NCBI GenBank assembly: GCA_965248265.1 | Contig: CBDFJF010000002.1 | Span: 3,200,001 to 3,264,000 of the forward strand | Direction of reading: 5' to 3' | From: Candidatus Latescibacterota bacterium | GTDB lineage: Bacteria > Latescibacterota > UBA2968 > UBA8231 | Length of the DNA stretch: 64,000 nt | Shown: positions 10,046-18,610 of the stretch, piece after piece | Layout of the letters: each line of letters starts with the position of its first letter | How positions within the stretch are numbered: the first letter of the stretch is position 1 | Notes under the pieces: model-generated | What the model was told of the DNA's origin: nothing | Database searches by the model: none | Seen by the model: the letters and a program-made list of their open reading frames with translations, nothing else | Made by a program: the position numbers and the translations under genes

Positions 10046-13000
10046 ATGAATACCGAATCGAAATTCGAGCCGGGAACGGCCAGACGCGTAGCCGGACAGT
10101 GTCTGCTGGTGTTGCTATGGCTGGCGGGGTGGGCCGCGGCGGGGCAGAATACCTGGACGGCCACCGGCAGTCTGGGCTCCGACATCAACGCCATTGTACC
10201 GCATCCGCAGGATGCGGGTACCCTGTACGCGGTTGGTGAAGACGGTGTTTTCCGGTCCATCGACGGCGGTGAGTGGGTCTCCATCAGCGAAGGCCTTGCC
10301 GCCTCGACGGTATTGAGCCTGGCTATCGACGGGCAAGATGCCAACCGTCTGTACGCTGGCTTGAATGCCGGTCTCTACACCAGCGGTGATGGCGGTCAAA
10401 CATGGACCCTCGTCGACGCCGTGGGGCCGGGTGTGCTGTCCTTGGCGATCGGACCAGAGGGGTTGGTGTACGCAGGCACCCTGGGGCGCGGCATCTACGT
10501 CAGCGAGAATGCCGGCGTTGATTGGCGCATCCCGGTTGAGCTCTCATCCTCGTTGATCTTCGATCTCACGGCATCACCGGTTGACGGTACGGCCTACGCC
10601 GCAACCGCGTCCGGTCTGTACCGTACCCAGGATGGTGGTTTGAGCTGGAATCTTGTGGGATTTGATCTGGCTGAGTTGAGCATTCGTGACATCGATCTGT
10701 CGAAGGAGGATGTCGAGACTCTGTTCGTTGCGACCTTTGGAGGGGGTGTTTTCAAAAGCCTGGATTTCGGTGTTCACTGGACGGCCCTCAATCAAGGGCT
10801 GGATGATCTGTCCGTTCGCTCCATCGAGGTGGCTCGCCGGGACCGGCTGCTGTACGCGGCGACGTCGACGGGGGGGTTCTACCGTTCGTCGGACGCCGGC
10901 CAATCCTGGAACCCGGTCAACGACGGACTATCCTCGCTCACGGCACGCACGACCTACCACGCTGACGATCCGGATCAAGACCGGCTATTCGGGGCAGGAC
11001 CGGCACCGGGCGTGTTCGAGATCACCTTCGCTCCAGAGCCAGACATTCAGGTAGATTCGGCGATCCTCGATTTTGGCGAAATCTCGGTGGGTGTCGTGCA
11101 ACAGCTAGCCGTATCGATTTCGAATTCCGGGGACGCAGATCTACAGATCTCGAGCTTGAGTACTATCAGAAACGGACCGTTCGTGCCACAGGCGGATGCA
11201 GTCCCGTTCGTGATTCCGGCAGGGGGAAGCATAGACCTGGCGATCACCTTTCAACCCCAGGAGGGCGGTGACGAGGCTGACACGCTGACCATTCGCAGCG
11301 ACGATCTGGACAGTCCCGAACTGGAGGTTGCCCTGCGGGGAATCGGCGTCCGCGCTGATTTGCGAGTAGGGGGATCGGGGACGGGGATGGATTTTGGTGA
11401 GGTGCGGGTGGGCGATACCGCAGACACGACCATCGTCATCAACAATATTGGCAACGCAGCTGTCGTCCTCTCGGGCGCCTCGGTCGATGACGACACCTTC
11501 CAGGTGCTCTCATTCGAGGTCGTGGAGGTTCAGGCGCTTGGCAGTGTCTTTGTCCGACTTCGTTACTCTCCGGTGCAACCGCAGGCCAATGCCACCACCC
11601 TCGTAATCTTGACTACCGAGCCGAGCCAGCCGCGTTTCGAGTTACCCCTGCTAGGCACCGGCACCTCTCCCGCGATCGAAGTGCTGCCCGATGAACTGCT
11701 ATTCGGCAACGTCAACCTCGGTCGAGAGACCCGCTTGCTGTTGTCGGTAGCCAACAACGGTAACGCGGACCTGCAGGTGACAGGCCTCGAGATCGACGGA
11801 GATGCCTTCAGGCTGGAGCGCTCGGTCTCAGAGGCGAATCCGATCGTGGTGGCGCCAGGAGGAGCACAGCTTCTGGACGTCGTATTCCTGCCGTTGATCA
11901 GTGGCGCCCATCGGGGCACCCTGACCGTCGTCAGCGATGCACCCGAATCCCCCATCGAGATCTCTTTGTTGGGAACGGGCGGTGCCCTCGACCTGACGCC
12001 AAAGAATCCTGTGGAGGCCGGGACGGATCCCGTGGACTTGATCGTCCTGGATGTGGATGCGGATGGAGATCACGACCTGACCACCATCGACGAAACCTCC
12101 ATCCATGTTCTGCTCAATGATGGAACAGGGGCGTTTCCGCAAGTCGATCGCGTTGCCTACCCGGCTGCGGACTCGCCGTATTCCGAGTGGGATGCCCCGG
12201 TCGCGATAGCCGCAGCGCCCGTGTTCGGCCAGTCTCCTGATTTGATCGTCGCCGACCAGGCGGGACAGGTCGTTTCCATCGTCGCCAACGACGCTCAGGG
12301 TGGCTTCAGCCTGGAACGACAAGACGTGTTCATCGGCCATGCCATAACCGCCGTGATGCCGCTGGACGTTGACGCGGACGGCGACATCGACATAGCCGTT
12401 GCCGATGGGGACAGCCCCAGTATCACGATTCTGCTCAACAATGATGAGGCTGGATTCAACGCCCGCACCTCCATAGCCGTGGAGGACGGCCCGAGAGCCC
12501 TGACGGCCGCCAACCTGAACGACGACGGTCACATCGATCTCGTCGTCGCCAATGAAGACGCCGGAACGGTGTCCATATTACTGTCAGATCGCCAGGGCGG
12601 CTTTTCCGTGCCAAGGCAAGACATCCTCGTCGGCATCGCCCCCATTGCTCTGGGTGTCGTCGACTACGATGCGGACGGAGACAACGACATATTCAGTGCC
12701 AATGCAGGCTCACGCGACGTCTCCATCGTCGAGAGCGACGGGGATGGGGTTTTCGCCCTGGGTTCGCGCATCTCCACGGTGATGCAGCCAACGGGGTTGT
12801 CCTTGTCTGATTTAACCCGTGACGTCTTCGCTGATCTGGTGGTCTCCGGGGATGGTGATCCATTCCTGAGCTTCTTCGAGAATGATGCCGGAGCTGCGTT
12901 CACGGCAAAAGACGTGGTGCCGGCCAGTGCAGCCGCACTGCGAGTCGTCATCGCTGACATGAATGGTGATGGCAACAACGACATCGTCTCTCTCAGCCAA

Positions 13001-15055
13001 GCGACGGTCCGCGTTTTCATCAACGAAGACACCCGCGTCATGGATCCCCCGCGTCCGCCAACGCAGGTCACGGCAGACGATGTTGCCCGTGATTTGGGTC
13101 GCCAGATTGAGATAACCTGGGACGCTCCCGAGTTGGACGAGCAGATCGGCCGGACTACTGAATACCTGATTTTTCGCGCAGAGGACGAGGATGGTCCTTT
13201 CGTCGAGTTGGGTCGTCGGTCCGCTGGTGAGAGAGACTTCATCGATGACGCGGCGACCTTGTCTCAGACCTTCTACTATTTTGTCCAGGCTGGTAACGCC
13301 GCCCTTCAGTCGGGCAACTCAGATACCGTATCCGCCGCATCCAGGCCGGCGCCGTTCTTTGAGCTCGAACTGATCAACGAACCCCGCATCAGCGTCGGTG
13401 ACACTCTCAAGGTGCGGGCTTTGCTGACTCCGGCGGTGCATGACGTTGCCGGGATCTCCCTCTATCTGACCTACGATGACAGCGCCCTGACCCTCATCGA
13501 CGCTGACTCCACCTCCGCAGCCCTGGTGCCGTTCAGATTGGACACCACCCTGACGGCCGGCAGTCTCGTGGAGAACCGGCTTCATCCCAGCACGAGCGAC
13601 AAGATCGATATCTCGTTGACCTCACTGCAGATTTCAAACGGCGTACAACCCGTATCGCTCGGCGAGATTTGGTTCCGTACGTTGAAAGACAGGACGACAC
13701 CGCTGACCATCGACGATGAGGACGCCCTCAACCGTCGCAGCGCCGTGGTCGAGCAGGTGACGGGAAACTGGATTCTGCCTTTCATCCCGAGCCGTCAGAC
13801 TCAGGTTTCCATCAGAGATTTCCAGGTCAGCGGCAGCCTTGAACTGGAGGGCCGGGCGGCCGATAACCTGGGATTGCAGGCGACGATCACCCTCGTCGAC
13901 TCCGCCGGTGGCAGGCTGGAGTCACCGCTGAACGACGAAGATGCCGAGCGGCCTCTGATTCAGTCCACCCTCACCGTCGACGGACAGTTCGAACTCAACC
14001 AGATTCCGCGTGGCAGCTATCGGATTTTTGCCAAGACGCCGAGTCATCTACAGGGGCAGGTCGTAGGGGACACAGTCACCATCGGTGACTCCCTGCGCAC
14101 GATGCTGAGGTTTGCCTGGATGCGCTCGGACTCGACGGTCACGTCCATTCTCCCCGCGGGTGATGCCAACGACGACAATCGGGTCAATCTGGCGGATTAC
14201 GGGCTGCTGGTAAGGCATTTCGACTCCAATTCGTCTGACATCAGCGTTTGGGATGAAGCGCAGATGGTGGACTTCAATGGCGACAATTTCGTCAACGCCA
14301 CCGACTTCTTCCTGCTGGCGCAAAACTTCGGTGAGATCGGCATGGGTTTTTCCGTCACAGCGGCCAAGCGTTCAGCCAGGGGTTGGGTCTCCTTCGACGA
14401 CGATCGGGAGGCGATCGCAGTCGGTGAGGTCGGCGCCATTCGAGGATACTCGCTGAAAGTCCTCATCGGCGGTTCGCCCCGACATGCCGGGCAGCAGGTC
14501 ATCGATGCGCTTGGAGGGAGCCTGTTCTCCGGCGATGATTCGATGGCACATGTGTGGCCGGTGGATGGAGGATCTGCCATCATCGTGGCCGTGGCCATGC
14601 GAGATCCAACCAGGACGATCGACGCTACGGAAGGAGTTCTTGCGCGCTTCAACGAAGCGATATCAGGAGGCGAAGCACCGAGTCTCCGGATCCTGGATGC
14701 GGAAGTTCTGCTTTCGGATTGGAGTGTGGCCAACCCGGAGATCCGGCAATCACGGGCGCTGCCGACTTCGACCTTCCTGCTCCAGAATTACCCCAATCCG
14801 TTCAATCCCTCGACCGTCATTCCGTTTGAGCTGGCCGCGGGAGACGGGTCGGCGAGGGTCACGCTGGAGGTATTCAATTTGCTCGGGCAACGGATTCGGA
14901 CCCTCGTTGATGCGAGGGTGCGTCCGGGGGCGCATGAAGTCGTCTGGGATGGCAGGGACCGTGAAGGACGTGCCGCCGCTTCCGGCATCTACATCTATCG
15001 TCTTTCGATCGGGGGGAGTCAATTGCTCTCCCGCCGCCTGCTGCTAGTACACTGA
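10046..15055 (+). CDS. Large secreted protein: BNR/sortilin-like propeller, 3 ASH (choice-of-anchor D-type) Ig domains, FG-GAP propeller, FN3, cohesin-like domain, X-module, dockerin, FlgD-Ig/CTD
   Basis: Likely start ATG 10046. Asp-box 'S.DGG.TW' repeats; 'LDFGEI.VG...ISNSGDADL' x3; 'DVDADGD.D' FG-GAP repeats; dockerin 'AGDANDDNRVNLADY...VDFNGDNFVNATDFFLLAQNFG'; C-terminal 'QNYPNPFNPST...ASGIYIYRL'. Confidence 0.87.
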   Translation: MNTESKFEPGTARRVAGQCLLVLLWLAGWAAAGQNTWTATGSLGSDINAIVPHPQDAGTLYAVGEDGVFRSIDGGEWVSISEGLAASTVLSLAIDGQDANRLYAGLNAGLYTSGDGGQTWTLVDAVGPGVLSLAIGPEGLVYAGTLGRGIYVSENAGVDWRIPVELSSSLIFDLTASPVDGTAYAATASGLYRTQDGGLSWNLVGFDLAELSIRDIDLSKEDVETLFVATFGGGVFKSLDFGVHWTALNQGLDDLSVRSIEVARRDRLLYAATSTGGFYRSSDAGQSWNPVNDGLSSLTARTTYHADDPDQDRLFGAGPAPGVFEITFAPEPDIQVDSAILDFGEISVGVVQQLAVSISNSGDADLQISSLSTIRNGPFVPQADAVPFVIPAGGSIDLAITFQPQEGGDEADTLTIRSDDLDSPELEVALRGIGVRADLRVGGSGTGMDFGEVRVGDTADTTIVINNIGNAAVVLSGASVDDDTFQVLSFEVVEVQALGSVFVRLRYSPVQPQANATTLVILTTEPSQPRFELPLLGTGTSPAIEVLPDELLFGNVNLGRETRLLLSVANNGNADLQVTGLEIDGDAFRLERSVSEANPIVVAPGGAQLLDVVFLPLISGAHRGTLTVVSDAPESPIEISLLGTGGALDLTPKNPVEAGTDPVDLIVLDVDADGDHDLTTIDETSIHVLLNDGTGAFPQVDRVAYPAADSPYSEWDAPVAIAAAPVFGQSPDLIVADQAGQVVSIVANDAQGGFSLERQDVFIGHAITAVMPLDVDADGDIDIAVADGDSPSITILLNNDEAGFNARTSIAVEDGPRALTAANLNDDGHIDLVVANEDAGTVSILLSDRQGGFSVPRQDILVGIAPIALGVVDYDADGDNDIFSANAGSRDVSIVESDGDGVFALGSRISTVMQPTGLSLSDLTRDVFADLVVSGDGDPFLSFFENDAGAAFTAKDVVPASAAALRVVIADMNGDGNNDIVSLSQATVRVFINEDTRVMDPPRPPTQVTADDVARDLGRQIEITWDAPELDEQIGRTTEYLIFRAEDEDGPFVELGRRSAGERDFIDDAATLSQTFYYFVQAGNAALQSGNSDTVSAASRPAPFFELELINEPRISVGDTLKVRALLTPAVHDVAGISLYLTYDDSALTLIDADSTSAALVPFRLDTTLTAGSLVENRLHPSTSDKIDISLTSLQISNGVQPVSLGEIWFRTLKDRTTPLTIDDEDALNRRSAVVEQVTGNWILPFIPSRQTQVSIRDFQVSGSLELEGRAADNLGLQATITLVDSAGGRLESPLNDEDAERPLIQSTLTVDGQFELNQIPRGSYRIFAKTPSHLQGQVVGDTVTIGDSLRTMLRFAWMRSDSTVTSILPAGDANDDNRVNLADYGLLVRHFDSNSSDISVWDEAQMVDFNGDNFVNATDFFLLAQNFGEIGMGFSVTAAKRSARGWVSFDDDREAIAVGEVGAIRGYSLKVLIGGSPRHAGQQVIDALGGSLFSGDDSMAHVWPVDGGSAIIVAVAMRDPTRTIDATEGVLARFNEAISGGEAPSLRILDAEVLLSDWSVANPEIRQSRALPTSTFLLQNYPNPFNPSTVIPFELAAGDGSARVTLEVFNLLGQRIRTLVDARVRPGAHEVVWDGRDREGRAAASGIYIYRLSIGGSQLLSRRLLLVH

Positions 15056-15091
15056 CGATCGCCTCCCTGGCGATCCCGGCCCGCTCCTGCA

Positions 15092-15871
15092 TCATAAATC
15101 ACCGCTCACATCCGCGCCTTCCTGCCCCGCATGGCGGCGAAAGTCGATGACTCGCTTCTGCGGCGACAGGTTGATCTCGTCGACGACGGTGCCCTCGCGT
15201 GCCTGTAGCGCGCTGCAAACGACGACGGCCACATCCTCGGGGAGAACATGATTGTCCGCGGCATCTCCGGGCTCGAAATCGAGTTCGTCGAAGAACGGGG
15301 TTTGTACCATTCCCGGGTTAACGAGGCAAACACGGATACCCGCGGCTGACGATTCCTCCCTCAGCGCCTGGGCGAAGCCGCGCAAAGCGAATTTGCTGGC
15401 ACAGTACAGACTACCCTTGCGCGATCCGCGCAATGCGGCTTCGGAACCAATGATGACAATGTCTCCACGACCGGATCTTTTCATCCTGGGCAAAAATGCG
15501 CGCACGGCAAAGGCCTGGCTGGTGAAGTTCAGGTCGAGGAGTTCACGTATCTGGGTATAGGAGAATTGCTCCAGGTGACCGAATCGTCCCATTCCCGTGC
15601 AACATATCAAGGCATCGACTTCCTCATACTGCCGCGCGACATCCTCTAGGCGGCCTGGAAGATGGTCGAGTTGACTCATGTCCAGAGACAGGGAGGTGAA
15701 GTCGGGGTGATCGCGGGAAGGGAACTTGGTGAAGTCTCGAGCCAACCCGACAACACGCCACCCGTTTCGCAGCAGCTGTTCACAGATCGCTCTGCCGATA
15801 CCGGAACTGGCGCCGGTCACGACCGCCGTTTGGTGCTTTCCGATCTGACTGTTACCAGCCGATGTGTCCAT
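15092..15871 (-). CDS. Short-chain dehydrogenase/reductase (SDR)
   Basis: TGASSGIG Rossmann motif, catalytic YCASK, NPGMVQT. Confidence 0.92.
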   Translation of the reverse strand: MDTSAGNSQIGKHQTAVVTGASSGIGRAICEQLLRNGWRVVGLARDFTKFPSRDHPDFTSLSLDMSQLDHLPGRLEDVARQYEEVDALICCTGMGRFGHLEQFSYTQIRELLDLNFTSQAFAVRAFLPRMKRSGRGDIVIIGSEAALRGSRKGSLYCASKFALRGFAQALREESSAAGIRVCLVNPGMVQTPFFDELDFEPGDAADNHVLPEDVAVVVCSALQAREGTVVDEINLSPQKRVIDFRRHAGQEGADVSGDL

Positions 15872-15876
15872 TGCTC

Positions 15877-16500
15877 TTAAGCTCCCTCCGGCGAAGCTAC
15901 GTCAGGAGAGGTGGCCATAGTATTCAACACCAAATCCACGGCCTCAGCGCATGAACCGACAAGCTCCTCAATCACACTAGCGGACAGCTCTTTCCACGAG
16001 CGCGTTGGCCCATCCGAGACGATCTTCAAGCACTGCACGGGTCCAGTATCGCTGATTCCGATGGCCGCTTCCAGAAAGCCACTTCCTTCCATGTCATAGG
16101 CCCAATCCGGCTGGTAGGTAGCTTCGGGCTCGTCTACCGTGCACAGACATGTCGTCGCCAACCCTGGGGGAACGGCTCCACGGGGAAACAACCGACGGCC
16201 ACTCGCGCGTTCCAGGACTTCGTGGGCGAGCAGGGCGGTGCCAGGCAGGGCGGTGCCGTGGCCGGCGACGCCGACATTCAACCAGGCCGCCGGAGCGTCG
16301 TCGACGCAGGTACGATGGATCCGTTCCACGGCACGGCTGGCATTGACCCGGCCAACGCCGCAGATCACCAGTGCGAGGTCATTGCTGCTGCTGGCGTAGA
16401 AACCTCGGCTTCTGGTTGATTTGAGGTCGTACCTGGCTATCAGTGGTGTGGCCTCGGCTAAGAGTGCGACCACCATGTTGACGCGAACGCGCGAGGACAT
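15877..16500 (-). CDS. Nucleoside phosphorylase/nucleosidase-fold protein (PNP_UDP_1/MTAN-like)
   Basis: 'VALLAEATPLI', 'GVGRVNA', 'LNVGVAG', 'YDMEGSGF', 'LKIVSD'. Confidence 0.72.
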   Translation of the reverse strand: MSSRVRVNMVVALLAEATPLIARYDLKSTRSRGFYASSSNDLALVICGVGRVNASRAVERIHRTCVDDAPAAWLNVGVAGHGTALPGTALLAHEVLERASGRRLFPRGAVPPGLATTCLCTVDEPEATYQPDWAYDMEGSGFLEAAIGISDTGPVQCLKIVSDGPTRSWKELSASVIEELVGSCAEAVDLVLNTMATSPDVASPEGA

Positions 16501-16630
16501 CCGATTCCCATGTGTTTGGAGGGCTCAGGTTCGTTGACCCTCCAAATGTATCTGGCTACCTTCAGTTGAAACAACACCCTTCAATTGAACCCCGATTTGG
16601 AATGGGGCTCGACACCTCTCCACCGCCTTT

Positions 16631-17509
16631 ATGAGAAACCGCTTTTTCAAAGGGCATGGTCTGGGCAACGACTACATCGCCCTCGATCCCTCGGACCTGA
16701 ATTTTTCTTTGACGCCGGCCGCAATTCGGGCGGTCTGTGACCGCCATTGGGGACTTGGAAGCGACGGCATTCTGGCCCGCACGGCTTCCTCGAAGGCAGA
16801 TTTCGGGTTGCGCATCTATAATCCCGATGGCAGCGAGGCCGAGAAATCGGGAAACGGCTTGCGCATCTTCGGTCGCTATCTCTACAGTACGAAACAGACC
16901 AGACGGAAGCAGTTCACGGTGGAAACTCCCGGTGGAATCGTCGAAATCCTCCTTCACATCGATGGTTCGGGCCATGCCAGTTCGGCCACCGTAGAAATGG
17001 GGCCGGCCACCTTCGATCCGAAGGCGCTGCCGTGTACGGTGCCGGTGGAGGAGCTAGTCGATACGCCGATTCGCGTCGGCAAGAAGACCCACAAGTTCTG
17101 TGGCGTCAGCGTCGGCAATCCCCACTGTATCCTGTTCCGGGAAAAGGGCAGTTCGTGGACTCGGGAGGAATTGCTAGAACTGGGGCCCGCATTGGAGAAC
17201 CACGAGCTGTTTCCACGACGCACCAACGTTCAGCTGGCTGTCCCCACCGGCCCAAAGAGTATCTATATCCTGATCTGGGAGAGGGGTGCTGGAGAGACCC
17301 AAGCTTCAGGATCTTCATCGTGTGCGGCCGCGAGTGCAGCGATCAAGCTCGGTCTGGTCAAGAGCCCGGTAACCGTCAAGGCCCCCGGGGGTACGTTGCA
17401 GATTCAGGTTAGCGAGGACTATGAACTGACGATGAAGGGACCGGTAGCTGAAGTAGCGACCGGTGTATTCACCTCCGCGTTCGTGGAATCCCTTCCCCGG
17501 CGCCGGTGA
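16631..17509 (+). CDS. dapF: Diaminopimelate epimerase, Ser/Ser active-site variant
   Basis: 'FKGHGLGNDY', 'GLGSDG', 'YNPDGSEAEKSGNGLR', 'VGNPH', 'WERGAGETQASGSSSCAA'. Confidence 0.88.
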   Translation: MRNRFFKGHGLGNDYIALDPSDLNFSLTPAAIRAVCDRHWGLGSDGILARTASSKADFGLRIYNPDGSEAEKSGNGLRIFGRYLYSTKQTRRKQFTVETPGGIVEILLHIDGSGHASSATVEMGPATFDPKALPCTVPVEELVDTPIRVGKKTHKFCGVSVGNPHCILFREKGSSWTREELLELGPALENHELFPRRTNVQLAVPTGPKSIYILIWERGAGETQASGSSSCAAASAAIKLGLVKSPVTVKAPGGTLQIQVSEDYELTMKGPVAEVATGVFTSAFVESLPRRR

Positions 17510-17522
17510 GGATCCTACCGTC

Positions 17523-18608
17523 ATGAGGCGTTCCCACGCGCTCGAGGCGGAGCTCCACAACACCTGGAACCGCAAGCTCTATATCTGGTACCAGTACTAC
17601 AATGATCAGTACACCGCAGGTGTTCTGAAGACGCCTCTACTGACCATCGATCGATCGACGATTAATTTCGGGCAATGGAGTTCCTCGCGGCGCACGATCT
17701 CCATCGCCATCTCGCACATCGAGCGCGACCCCTGGTTGGCGGTCATGGACACCCTACGCCACGAAATGGCCCACCAGTACGTCGACGAGGTGCTGCTCGA
17801 GGATGGGGCACAGCGTCCACACGGACCCGCCTTTCAAAAAGCATGCGAACGCCTGCGTTGCTCCGCGGCCGCCAGTGCTGATCCGGACGATCCCGTCACC
17901 GGGGACCCCACGGCAACGCAGGATGACCGTGTATTGGCCCGGCTCAAGAAGGTCCTGTCGCTGGCTTCCAGTCCCAACGAGCACGAGGCTGAAGCCGCGG
18001 TCAAGAAGGCCCGGCGGCTGTTGTTGCAATACAATATCGATGTGGTCGAGCTCGACCGCCGGCGCGCGTACAGCTCCCGGGCGTTGGGTCCGGTGAAGGC
18101 CAGACGGGCATCGTGGGAACTCTGGCTGGCGATGATCCTGAACGAGTTTTTCTTCGTCGAGGTCTTATGGGGATTGTCCTATGATACCGCCCGCGACCGC
18201 GATGGTACGGTGCTTCAGATTTTCGGAACCGATGCCAACCTGGATATGTCCGAATACGTGTATGAGTATTTCTCACATCTGCTCGGTGCGCTCTGGGTCT
18301 CTTACAGAGCGGCCGAGGGCCTGCCGGACAATCGTGAGCGGCAGCGATATTTCGCCGGTGTCACTCAGGGGTTCTACGGAAAACTCCAGGAGCAGGAACG
18401 ATCCCTTGGACAGGAGACGGCACTCGTCTGGAAGGGGGACGGTCAGCTTCGTGAGTACTACCGGTACGTCAATCCGCAGGTCCACACCCGGACCTGCTCC
18501 GGGGTGAGTGCCAGTGCTGCGTTTAAAGACGGATTGGTCGAGGGGCGGCGCCTGACCATCCACCAACCCCTGGAGACTCGGGACGGTTTCGGGGGGTACC
18601 TCAAATAG
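17523..18608 (+). CDS. SprT-like Zn-metalloprotease domain plus DUF2786-like protein
   Basis: 'TLRHEMAHQY', 'HGPAF..AC' (SprT) and 'RLKKVLSLASSPNEHEAEAAVKKARRLL.QYNI' (DUF2786). Likely start ATG 17523. Confidence 0.82.
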   Translation: MRRSHALEAELHNTWNRKLYIWYQYYNDQYTAGVLKTPLLTIDRSTINFGQWSSSRRTISIAISHIERDPWLAVMDTLRHEMAHQYVDEVLLEDGAQRPHGPAFQKACERLRCSAAASADPDDPVTGDPTATQDDRVLARLKKVLSLASSPNEHEAEAAVKKARRLLLQYNIDVVELDRRRAYSSRALGPVKARRASWELWLAMILNEFFFVEVLWGLSYDTARDRDGTVLQIFGTDANLDMSEYVYEYFSHLLGALWVSYRAAEGLPDNRERQRYFAGVTQGFYGKLQEQERSLGQETALVWKGDGQLREYYRYVNPQVHTRTCSGVSASAAFKDGLVEGRRLTIHQPLETRDGFGGYLK

Positions 18609-18610
18609 CG

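Noticed and set aside
1778-15055. A true cellulosome
   Set aside because: I could not recognise any glycoside hydrolase, lyase or CBM3 domain, and there is no tandem multi-cohesin scaffoldin.
16515-16546. Hairpin upstream of dapF as a lysine riboswitch
   Set aside because: The intergenic region is only 130 bp, too short for a lysine riboswitch, and lacks its conserved core. The hairpin alone is not diagnostic.
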